Shown: positions 17,598-26,912 of the stretch, one piece after another
Numbering within the stretch: position 1 is the stretch's first letter
How the letters are laid out: the number at the start of each line of letters is the position of its first letter
Assembly: GCF_000219355.1 (NCBI RefSeq)
Contig: NC_015722.1
Location: 510,001 to 542,000 of the forward strand
Source: Candidatus Midichloria mitochondrii IricVA
Lineage (GTDB): Bacteria > Pseudomonadota > Alphaproteobacteria > Rickettsiales > Midichloriaceae
DNA length: 32,000 nt
Direction: 5' to 3'
Position numbers and translations under genes: made by a program
The notes under the pieces: model-generated
What the model was told of the DNA's origin: nothing
The model's input: only the letters and a program-made list of their open reading frames with translations
Database searches by the model: none

Positions 17598-18020
17598 TGT
17601 CAGTTAGCTTTCTGTTCTGCTCAGGGATGGCGTTGTACGTTCTCCTTTAACTGTTAAACATTTCTGGAAGCTTCTCGGTGGAAAGAGGAAGGGGTTGGGC
17701 CTGCTGGCGCGCTTGGGGGCGGCCGTTTGAAGCAGCGAGAGGCTTTATAAGGTATTTTTCACTTATATACACTCCTTTTACCTGGAAGAATTGATAACTA
17801 AAGCGAGTTCGTATTGAAAAACCCATAGCGCATTTTTCACCCTTTAGCAAGCGAAGCTTGCAAGGCATGCGATAATGAAAGCGAGCCTTTCAGCAGTAAA
17901 TCTAGTATAACTCGCATCCTGCTGAGGATTTGCAAGAAATGATAAGCAACTAGTTAGGTATATTGGTGTTGTTATCCTGACCCTACTACTGCATTTTTTT
18001 ATTTTGTTACTAATTACCTA

Positions 18021-18500
18021 GTGATTGGTGTAAAAGGTTTGGTTATTGCAGGCTTGCTTGCAGTTATAATGTCTACTGCTGATTCTTGGCTAAATACTAC
18101 AAGTACGCTGGTAACAAATGATGTTATTTTACCATTAGTACCTATGACTGAAAAGAAGGTTTTAATTATTGCTAGATGTGCTACTTTTATAATAGCTATT
18201 TTATCCATCCTTCTATCTCTGTCTGGAAAGGGTGTAGTGGAACTAAATTGGCTGGCTGGTAATTTCTGGGAACCACTAATTATATTACCTCTTGCCGCTG
18301 GTTTTTTAAAATTTTGGACGAATTCTAAATCTTTTATATAGCATCAGTGACGCTTGCAGTCGCCTTTGCCTGTATCAGTGCCTGTATAGTAGGGTGTAGG
18401 TGACTTCTCAACGATCAGCCCCTAATGTGGTGGCATGATAGGTAGTGCTATAGGTTTATTTGGTATGCATCACTGGCAGAAAGGTCAAGGTATGGACCCA
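18021..18500 (+). pseudogene. Sodium:solute symporter (SSS family) fragment
   Basis: IGVKGLVIAGLLAVIMSTADSWLNTTSTLVTNDV is the conserved SSS TM segment (GL..AG.LAA.MST.DS.L). There is no N-terminal two-thirds. The downstream TM-like pieces (after 18341) are in other frames. The 3' limit is approximate. Confidence 0.6.
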
Positions 18501-18899
18501 GCCGCCAAACATAAAAAAAACTAGCTGCTATAGAGAAAGAACGAGTTAAAATTGGACATGCTAACAGTGCTGAACAAATTGAAGAATGGCATAAAGAAAG
18601 TAGTGACAGAAATCGAAAAATAGAATCTTTAGTAAATGATTTATCAAAAGATCGACGTTGACATACTGCTAGCTAGTTAAATGAGATGAAGAGATTCGAG
18701 GCAGCCTCTCAAATATCCCAATGATATGCCAGACTGAATAAAAAAATGTTTTTTTAGTACCGATATATTAAAAGATTTATAGGCATTTTTAGTATGATTG
18801 TATTTTAAATATGATGTAAGAGTATGTGTTTAAATTGTTATTTCGAACAAAGAGTACGAATATTCAGTTACTTCCTCAAAATCTTAGGCTATAGAGAGC

Positions 18900-20219
18900 A
18901 TGAATAGAATAGCAATTATAGGAGCGGGTCTTGCTGGCCTTACCGCGGCTTATCGTCTACATAAGGAAAATTCAAATGTTGATATATTTGAAGCAAGAAA
19001 CAGAGTGGGTGGTAGAGTTTTTACAGTACTAATGGAAAAATTATCTTGGGCAAAAAACAGAAGTAGAACTCGGAGGACAAAATATTACTGATGGTGGAGA
19101 AGCAGTAAATTTATTAGGATTGATAAAAGAATTAAGTCTTGAAGTACAAGAAAAACCAATCAAGTTGAATTTGCTGGTGATTACTATGATTATGACGAGC
19201 TAGTAAAGGATCATAGTAAGACTTATAAAGACCTTCCACTGTTAGCGAATAGCGCAGAAAATATAGGTATAGATATGTTTTGAGGCAAGAGTGCAATTTT
19301 AAAGCAAGCACTGCTCACCAGGATCACTGCTTATGAAGGCATAGACGTTTATCAACAATCTATCTATCATAACATAGAAAGCTTAGAATATATGATACGT
19401 AGCGGCTTATCAAAATTCCATAAACTTAATGCAGATAACGATGATTATATTACAACTAGCTCTATTGCTGGAGGGAATGCTCGTTTGCCAATCTCTATTT
19501 CAGAAATTATAAAAAACAATATCCACTCTAACAAAGTGCTGTCTAAAGTCAGTTTTGATAGTAGTGCTGTTAAAATAGAATTTACTGATAAATCTTATTA
19601 TAGCTACGACTTAGTTGTATTGGCAACACCAGCTTCTACATTCAAATTTATAGACTTCTCTGATGTTGGAATAGAAGATAGAAGATTATCTTATATTCGT
19701 TCAATTCAGTATGGGAAAATTTTAAAATTGCCATGTCACTCAATTAAAACTCTGCAAATTCTTATCGTTCTGTGATAACAGACAGTACAATATCGTTTTA
19801 ATCATGATAAAACTATACAACTAGTGTATGCTTACGAACCAGTATTAGATGCATCAAAATTTGTGAATATCACCATTGTAGATCTTGATGCAATACAGCA
19901 AGAATTTTCAAGCGAACCCATCCCCGGGGTTATGCAAAAGTATTATAGTATCTATAAAGAGCCTATTCAATGTCATTGGCATAATGATTTATTTTCAATG
20001 GGTTCATATTCAGGATATTCAACTGCGATTTCAAAAGAACTTGATAATATCACTCAGCATAATGGTACATATTATAAAACAATGTTTTTACCTGTTCAAA
20101 ATTCTATGTTCTTTGTTGGTGAACATACAACTATTCTAGAATGTATAGGTACAATGGAAGCTGCTGTTGAATCGGGTGAACGTATAGCATGCGCTATTAT
20201 AAAAAGATGTAAAAAATAA
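18900..20219 (+). pseudogene. Flavin-containing amine oxidase, broken into at least three frames
   Basis: FAD dinucleotide-binding N-terminus IAIIGAGLAGLTAAYRL...FEARNRVGGRV. Later pieces are ELGGQNITDGGE (shifted frame), SIAGGNARLP, YDLVVLATPAS and the C-terminal FFVGEHT...GTMEAAVESGERIA. Confidence 0.8.
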
Positions 20220-20368
20220 TTTACAATAATTTTTATGAATTGCCATAGACGACAAGAAACTTTGAAAAGGGCTAGAAGCTACAAAGTTTACATGAGGCGC
20301 ATATTGAAATATGTAACGAAATGCAAATTTTTGGAGCGACGACTTTTCAAGTTAACAGAGTATATCGT

Positions 20369-21176
20369 CAATGCCTGGTAATTATAGACGGCAACAAGAT
20401 GGTATGATATCTTCATAGTATAATAGGTGGAGTAGAAATGGACAATCAAGTGTAAATATTGTGGCTCTCGAGCAGGTGAAGAATGGCGTGGTATAGGGAC
20501 AGCAGAGGTATAGATGCAAGAATTGCAAAAAGAATTACCGAGAAGGTAATAAGCGACAGAAATACACTATGAATGATAGACTTAAAACCTAATCTTGAGG
20601 ACTGCGGGATTAGGACGATAAGAGAGACTGACTGGAATCCATAACAGCCAAATATCTTCATGGATCGAAGGACGGGGGGACGCTATGTGCAAGAAAAGTT
20701 AGATAAGAGCTGCAACAGCACAAAGTCACTTAAGGATATCGAGGTCCTAGAGATTGAGGAGCTGTGCACATATATAAAAAAAGACCAAAGAATGGAAGTG
20801 GGAGTACACCTTTATATGGATTACTGTTGATAGAGGAGCGGGTGAAATTATTGATTTTGAAGGTAGGTGACGGGAGCAAGGCAACCCACCTGAACCTGTC
20901 ATTTAGGCTTTGAGGAACGTTATAAATTGAGCATGTACAGATGATTACAGCGTTTACGAATACTATAAAATCTCCACGCACCATCACAAAACAAAGGCTG
21001 AGACATCATTGTGGTAGAATCAAAGAATTCTTTAAGAGGCATTATCTAGCTAGTTTTAATCGAAGAACGAAGCGCTATAGCAAACCCCTGAGGATGCTTT
21101 GCGCTACTCTTACCCTCTTCTTCCATAGGCATTTGTTGGATTTGAAACTTCTATCTACTAAATATTAGGCAACGCC
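20369..21176 (+). mobile_element. IS1-family element copy B, complete length (~0.8 kb) with both termini; the transposase is degenerate
   Basis: Left end caatgcctggtaattatagac, right end ctactaaatattaggcaacgcc. Colinear with copy A and copy C. The reading frame is interrupted repeatedly. Confidence 0.85.
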
Positions 21177-21657
21177 GAAAATATTTACAGCCTCTCGAAG
21201 TGTTCCATTTCCATTTGATAATAAGATGGAACCAATTGCCGTATTGTGGTCGATATTTACTATATCATATTTTCCATCACCGTTCAGATCTGTTGCTGCT
21301 AGTCCTACGGGATGGCTAGCAACGTTGTAGCTTGCTGCACCTTGCAAAGAGTTCCATCTCCATTTCCCAATAAGATTGAAATAGAACCGTCACCCTGGTC
21401 GCTGTTAATTATATCTTGTTTACCATCATGGTTAAAATCTGCTGTTATGATTGCAGTTGGCTAACTACTGACTCCACAACTTATTGCAGGTTGAAAAGTC
21501 CCATTACTGTTTCCCAATAAAATCGATACAGTTTCTGCATAAGGCTGGGTACAAGCGATGTCTGAATTACCATCTCGATTAAAGTCGCTTACTACCACTC
21601 TACCAGAAACCCCCGTTGAGGTTATAATTTAACAGTAGGTGCAAAAATGTTACTCAT
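21177..21657 (-). pseudogene. FG-GAP/VCBS-repeat protein remnant, truncated by IS1 copy B
   Basis: There are three repeat units: VSDFNRDGNSDIA...ILLGNSNGTF, TADFNHDGKQDII...ILLGNGDGT and ATDLNGDGKYDIV...ILLSNGNGT. They are separated by an in-frame stop and a frameshift. The reading frame runs straight into the IS terminus at 21176. Confidence 0.7.
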
Positions 21658-21977
21658 TTGTACATAGCCTCTTTAATGCACTTATTAAAGTAAATGAAAA
21701 TACAATGGTAGCCATAATGTTTTTCCTTGCTGTAGAATTTCTAGCAGTCTGCCAATTGGAACTTTAAAGAGTTATATAGCTAATGCAACTCTCTTTTCTT
21801 TCTTTATTGAATTATCAGGCAAGTTTTTTTTGAGTAAAGATTAAGGAGATTCTAAGCATTTTGTGAGTAAATTAGAATCATATAGTAAGTTGATTTTATG
21901 CGGCGTCGCTCACCTATTATTTACAGAGTTCGCTCCAGCATTTCTAGTACCAAATGCTACTAAACTTACTGTATAAG

Positions 21978-22011
21978 TTGGTCATGACTTAAGCTTTTTA
22001 GTCATGACCAA
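21978..22011. terminator. Perfect 12-bp hairpin 5 nt beyond the stop of the 22017-22616 gene
   Basis: ttggtcatgact, a 10-nt loop, then agtcatgaccaa. The T-run (ggttttt) lies only on the plus-strand side, so the terminator direction is ambiguous. Confidence 0.4.
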
Positions 22012-22016
22012 GGTTT

Positions 22017-22616
22017 TTACTCTTTATCGCTTGGCTTGGTAATTATTACAGTTTCTTTGATAACTGGGGTTTCTGACTCACCAATTACTGGATATGAAGT
22101 ATATACTATAAAACTACAGTTAGGAATTTTTCTAAGCACAACAGCCGCTTCGGAAGTATCTATTTGCTTGGTATCGCCTTTTTTAATTCCTGATTCATAC
22201 TGATTTTGATAGCTGGTACTCAAGCTTAAGTGTCCTTCCAGTATCAGGGCCATTGACCCAATTAATAATTCTTTTGGCATCTTTTTGGATACCATTTTTA
22301 ATTACGTATCCTGCTATTAATTGATCATAATAACTGCTTACTGCTTTTGATTTTTTCTCTAAAGCTGGTAGAAGTTCTTTATAGTCTTTTCCTACATGCA
22401 GTTTTGATGTATGGTTGCCTGTTTTTTTGATCGTGTTTATGATATTGAAATCTTTAATAAAATTTTTTACATATTCCTCGTTGATATCACATATTTTAAC
22501 TGGGTTGATTTGGGGAATTCCTAAATCCGCAGGTTCGGGGTCAGCAGCAAAAGAGGAATGAGTGGTAAAGCTTAAAGCTAAGATAAAGTAGTAGCTAGGA
22601 AAGAATATTTTGTCAT
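22017..22616 (-). pseudogene. Secreted hypothetical protein, frameshifted
   Basis: The ATG at 22616 has a strong SD (gcAGGAGGtcaca). MTKYSFLATTL is followed, after a frameshift, by ILALSFTTHSSFAADPEP (the signal peptide is split across two frames). About 130 codons are then open without a Met, and a second shift leads into track ORF 22017-22295. Confidence 0.55.
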
Positions 22617-22639
22617 TGTGACCTCCTGCATCAGCTATA

Positions 22640-22948
22640 TTATTTGACAGTATTAAGAGATTTTATTAAATCTCTGCTCGCTCTAAAGTAAAGAGAACCC
22701 TTGTCTCCCACCACTATTTTAGCGTTAGTTCTAGGGTTTCTAACCGTTTTTCCCTCTCTTTTTCTAACGACCCAAGAGCCAAATTTTCTTAATTCAACTC
22801 TATCTCCACAAACCAAAGCTGTTGTGATCTCGTTAAAAAATATATCAACAACTTTTTCAAGAAGGTCATTACCCAATTCCGGGTGTGACTTTTTCAAAGA
22901 ATCAACTATTGATGCTTTTGTAAATAAACTATTACGCGCCATATTCAA
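22640..22948 (-). CDS. ihfB: Integration host factor subunit beta (HU/IHF family)
   Basis: SLKKSHPELGNDLLEKVVDIFFNEITTALVCGDRVELRKFGSW...RNPRTN matches the alphaproteobacterial IHF-beta pattern (GDRVELRGFG.F, GRNPRTG). Confidence 0.8.
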   Translation of the reverse strand: MNMARNSLFTKASIVDSLKKSHPELGNDLLEKVVDIFFNEITTALVCGDRVELRKFGSWVVRKREGKTVRNPRTNAKIVVGDKGSLYFRASRDLIKSLNTVK

Positions 22949-23085
22949 CTAAAAGTATAAAAAATTCTAGACATAATAGAAAACAATTGATAGGATGTTT
23001 TCCACATAACAAATTCAGATATTAGCAAATATTTTTATTAAATCAACAATATGTCATCACTATTCTGTGATATTCGAGCAACGGG

Positions 23086-25164
23086 CTATGCCGTTGAAAT
23101 TGCTGCAATTGAGGAGAGGCTAGTATCACTATACAAGTTAATTAGCACAGAAAATTTTTCATCTAAGTTGTTACTTTGTTCTAGAGCGATATGATTTGCA
23201 TACCTAATCAAGTGCTGTTGGGTAAAAAAATCATAAATTTTAAATAAAGGTAACCCACTTTGTTGAGTACCGAGTATTTTACCGCTACCCCTAATACGTA
23301 AATCTTCTTCAGCGAGTTTAGAGCCATCATTTGTCTTCTTCATTGCTTCTAGTCTATACTTAGCAGTCACGCTAAGAGGATGGCTATATAAAAGTATGCA
23401 ATGAGACTGTTTATTGCCCCTCCCAACTCGGCCTCTTAATTGGTGCATTTGTGCTAATCCAAAGCGTTCAGCATGTTCTATTACCATAATCGTTGCATCA
23501 GGTACATCCACTCCCACTTCTATAACTGTAGTTGCTACAAGGATTTTTATATTGCCACTCTGGGAGGCAAAGTCTTCCATAATCTTTTCCCTTTCTTCAA
23601 CCTTAACTCGGCTGTGAATTACTGCAACCTGGTTACCAAATATTTTTTCTAGCGAGTCATAACGTTGTTTGACATTATTTAAAGATAAATTTTCTGACTC
23701 TTCTATTAAAGGACAGATCCAATACACTTTTGCTCCGTGCTCTATAGCGTTTTTTATACTGTGGATTAAAAAATCTGATTTCTTTGAAGAGAGTAAGGAA
23801 GTGATAATTTGGAGTCTGCCAGCAGGTTTTTCTTTTAAAGTTGAAATTTTCATGCTACCATAATGCATCATAATTAATGTTCTGGGTATTGGAGTTGCAG
23901 ACATCATAAGAAAGTCACAGGTCACACCTTTTTCTAATAACTCTAAGCGCTGTGCTACTCCAAATTTATGTTGCTCATCTATAATTATCAAACCCGGTTT
24001 GTGAAATTGAACTTCTGATTGTATTAAAGCATGGGTTCCAATAATTAATTTAATTTTCCCATTTCTAATATCATCATAGAGCTGCTTTTTTTGAGAATTT
24101 GGTATTTTGCTGATTAATGGACTACTTTCTATTTGGGAATTAGGAAAAAGTTTTTTAAAATTAGAAAAGTGCTGTCTAGCTAAAAGCTCGGTTGGCACCA
24201 TAATTATAGCCTGGGCTCCTGCTTCTATTACGTTGATGGCTGCAAGAAAAGCGATAATAGTTTTTCCACTGCCAACATCTCCTTGCAAAATTCTTACCAT
24301 ATGTTGGTCAGATTTTTGATCGTTATTTATCTCCTCTAAGACCTCTTTTTGGTTATTGGTTAACTTAAAGGGAAGGGAAGAGAGAAAACTATTTTGTAGC
24401 AAGCCTGTAAAGGTAAGAGGTGTTTTTTTGTGTTCCAGTAGTTTGCTTTGCGCGATTTCAAGCATTATTTGTTCAGTTAATATTTCATCAAAAGCTAGCC
24501 GCTCGAGCGCTTTATCTATCATTTTAATCTCAGCATCATTTTTAGGATTATGGATAATATTAATCGCTTCATTCCATGAAGGTAATTGTAATTTTTCTTT
24601 TAAATCCAAGGGTATCCATTCTGGTAATAAAGGTAGCACTTTTAATATCTCCTTAATTACGGAAGCTATACTTTTTGAGCTGAGCCTAAGGCTTGCTGGA
24701 TAAACTGGTTCGATTGTAAAACTTTGCTCTGCTTTACTAGCGGGCACCATTATGTCTGGATGGAGCATCTGTAAATTGCCGTAATTCCAATCAACTTTAC
24801 CGCTAATCGCTATTTTGTCTCCAACCTTCCAAGAAGATAAAGCAGATTTATTAATATGAAAAAAGATCAAGGTTATTGAACCGGTTTGGTTTTGACAGAG
24901 TATCTTAGTTATTTTCTGCCCTCTACTCTTGGGCAACATCACTTCAATAGTTACGATCTGACTTAATATCTGCCCGGATTCAGCTTGATCAAGCGCCGTT
25001 ATTTTTCTTCTGTCGATATAATGAGTTGGAACACGAAAGATTAATTCCCTTACGGAGTTATATCCTAAATCGCTCAACAATTCCGCTTTCTTCGGCCCGA
25101 CTCCTTTTATATATTGTAGTGGATTATTGAAAACACGGTTGATGAAAAAAACAGAATTGTTCAT
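23086..25164 (-). CDS. recG: ATP-dependent DNA helicase RecG
   Basis: 692 aa with a wedge/OB N-terminal domain and SF2 helicase motifs (LQGDVGSGKT, IIIDEQHKFGV, MSATPIPRT, HQLRGRVGRG). Confidence 0.95.
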   Translation of the reverse strand: MNNSVFFINRVFNNPLQYIKGVGPKKAELLSDLGYNSVRELIFRVPTHYIDRRKITALDQAESGQILSQIVTIEVMLPKSRGQKITKILCQNQTGSITLIFFHINKSALSSWKVGDKIAISGKVDWNYGNLQMLHPDIMVPASKAEQSFTIEPVYPASLRLSSKSIASVIKEILKVLPLLPEWIPLDLKEKLQLPSWNEAINIIHNPKNDAEIKMIDKALERLAFDEILTEQIMLEIAQSKLLEHKKTPLTFTGLLQNSFLSSLPFKLTNNQKEVLEEINNDQKSDQHMVRILQGDVGSGKTIIAFLAAINVIEAGAQAIIMVPTELLARQHFSNFKKLFPNSQIESSPLISKIPNSQKKQLYDDIRNGKIKLIIGTHALIQSEVQFHKPGLIIIDEQHKFGVAQRLELLEKGVTCDFLMMSATPIPRTLIMMHYGSMKISTLKEKPAGRLQIITSLLSSKKSDFLIHSIKNAIEHGAKVYWICPLIEESENLSLNNVKQRYDSLEKIFGNQVAVIHSRVKVEEREKIMEDFASQSGNIKILVATTVIEVGVDVPDATIMVIEHAERFGLAQMHQLRGRVGRGNKQSHCILLYSHPLSVTAKYRLEAMKKTNDGSKLAEEDLRIRGSGKILGTQQSGLPLFKIYDFFTQQHLIRYANHIALEQSNNLDEKFSVLINLYSDTSLSSIAAISTA

Positions 25165-26033
25165 TTCTTCTCTTTAAATTCCAACTCAACTAAGTAATTA
25201 AACTCAGCTCCGTATATTAGGATTAAACTACAAAAGTAAAAAAATAGCAAAGATATAATAATACCTGCAATACTGCCATATATCATATTAATCTGCGGAA
25301 AATAAGAAATGTAATACTTAAAGATTTTAGAAAAAGCTGCCCAGCAGAATAGCACTAATACAGCACCAGGTAGTATTTTAGTGAATTTTTGCTTTTTGTT
25401 TGGCAAGGAATAGTAGAGATATGAAACAAATACAATGCTAAAGAGATAAAGGATTGTGCTTCTTAGGACTTCCAAATCTTTATCTATTAAAGAAATAATT
25501 TGGGCGTCCGGTATGACAATATGCTTTTCTAAAAAATCCCACATAGCTGGAATTATTATTAATGTGCATATTGCAACTGCTAAAATGATTATAACGATAA
25601 TAAATTCCAAGATACTAAATAGCCTTCTGAGCAGATAAGCTGGTGGGTTTTTTACGTGATATGCGCGGTTTAGTGTAGTTCTTATACCTTCAAAGATTGA
25701 GGAAGCCGTCCAGATTGCACTAATTATAGCAATAGTTAAAAAGCTTTGAGGAGGCAGAGTGGTAATTTCGATTATTCTTGGCTTTAAAGAATCTATAAAG
25801 CTAGCCCAGGGGCTATTTATGATAAGATTTGTAAGAGTGGTAACTAAAGGTATGTCTACTAGGCTACTTAAAGTACCAATTATTGCTGTGAAAAATACTA
25901 AAAATGGAAAAATTGCAAGCATTAATAAAAATGATAGATACCCAGCATGCTCGATACCATCATGATTAATAGTGTTAATCAAACTTTGGTAAATAATTTT
26001 TATAAAAGTTATAATTTTAGTACTTCTTACCAT
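25161..26033 (-). CDS. YihY/BrkB family inner-membrane protein
   Basis: 290 aa polytopic protein with the YihY pattern (AGYLSFLLMLAIFPFLVF, RAY, YGSIAGIII.LLFFYF...ILIYGAEFN). ATGA overlap with recG. Confidence 0.8.
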   Translation of the reverse strand: MVRSTKIITFIKIIYQSLINTINHDGIEHAGYLSFLLMLAIFPFLVFFTAIIGTLSSLVDIPLVTTLTNLIINSPWASFIDSLKPRIIEITTLPPQSFLTIAIISAIWTASSIFEGIRTTLNRAYHVKNPPAYLLRRLFSILEFIIVIIILAVAICTLIIIPAMWDFLEKHIVIPDAQIISLIDKDLEVLRSTILYLFSIVFVSYLYYSLPNKKQKFTKILPGAVLVLFCWAAFSKIFKYYISYFPQINMIYGSIAGIIISLLFFYFCSLILIYGAEFNYLVELEFKEKK

Positions 26034-26905
26034 TTTATATCATATTGCTTATAAGCAGCTTTTATTGTGTTAAGCATTAAGCACGAAACCGTCATAGGGC
26101 CAACTCCGCCTGGTACTGGAGTCAGGAACCCAGCAACTTTTCTTACACTCTCAAAGTCAACATCACCATATAATTTATCATTTACTTTAACAATACCAAC
26201 ATCAATTACACAAGCTCCCTTTTTAATCCAATCGCCTTTAATAAAAGAGGGCGAACCAACTGCTGAGATCAATATATCTGCAGTTCTACATTCGTCTTTT
26301 ATATTATAAGAGTTTGAATTTAATGAAGTAACGCTGCAACCTTTTCTGATTAATATTGAAGCCATAGGCCGGCCTACTATTCTTGACCGACCTAGAATTA
26401 CTGCTTTTTTTCCACTTATATTTGTTCCCAATATCTCGTGTAATAAAATTAAAACTCCTTGGGGGGTGCAAGGTTCTAAACTGTCTTGCCATGAGTTTAA
26501 TAAGCCAACGTTATAGGTGCTAAACCCATCTACATCTTTTTCATAATTTACAGTATCTATGATTTTTTGAGTGTTAATATGCTGCGGTAAAGGCAACTGA
26601 ACTAGTATTCCATTGACGTTTGGATCAGAGTTTAATCTTTCTATACATTCTATTATTTCCTGTTCGGTTGCGGTTTGAGGAAATTTATAAACTTCTGAAT
26701 TAAAGCCAATTTCTTTTGCTTTTTTAGCTTTATTATTGACATAAATTTGGCTTGCTGCATCGGTACCAACTAAGATTACGGCAAGCCCAAGAGTAGCTCT
26801 TTGTGTCTTACAAATAACTGTAGAAAGATGTCCGATCTTACTTTTCACTCTTTCCAAGACTTCGGCTGCATATAATTTCCCATCTATAATTTCACAATTC
26901 TGCAT
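26027..26905 (-). CDS. folD: Bifunctional methylenetetrahydrofolate dehydrogenase/cyclohydrolase
   Basis: IDGK..A, LAVILVG.D.ASQIYV..K, NGILVQLPLP, DVDGF, GK.AVILGRS.IVG.P and PVPGGVGPMT are present. The preferred start is MQNCEIIDGK at 26905. The track start at 27016 would overlap the upstream gene by about 100 nt. Confidence 0.9.
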   Translation of the reverse strand: MQNCEIIDGKLYAAEVLERVKSKIGHLSTVICKTQRATLGLAVILVGTDAASQIYVNNKAKKAKEIGFNSEVYKFPQTATEQEIIECIERLNSDPNVNGILVQLPLPQHINTQKIIDTVNYEKDVDGFSTYNVGLLNSWQDSLEPCTPQGVLILLHEILGTNISGKKAVILGRSRIVGRPMASILIRKGCSVTSLNSNSYNIKDECRTADILISAVGSPSFIKGDWIKKGACVIDVGIVKVNDKLYGDVDFESVRKVAGFLTPVPGGVGPMTVSCLMLNTIKAAYKQYDIKW

Positions 26906-26912
26906 ATTGCAA

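Noticed and set aside
17660-17760. The GC-rich patch considered as SRP (4.5S) RNA, RNase P RNA, tmRNA, or a cobalamin or glycine riboswitch
   Set aside because: Only short chance resemblances are present (GGAAAGAGGAAG, GAAGCAGC). The defining blocks are absent on both strands (GGUCCGGAAGGAAGCAGCC for SRP, GAGGAAAGUCCGGGC for RNase P, GCCACUG and the B12 box for cobalamin).
17647-17868. Minus-strand 73-aa ORF in the rplT-symporter gap
   Set aside because: It has no motif and a low-complexity Gln/Ala/Pro tail derived from the GC-rich patch. It is treated as non-coding; see the finding for 17598-18020.
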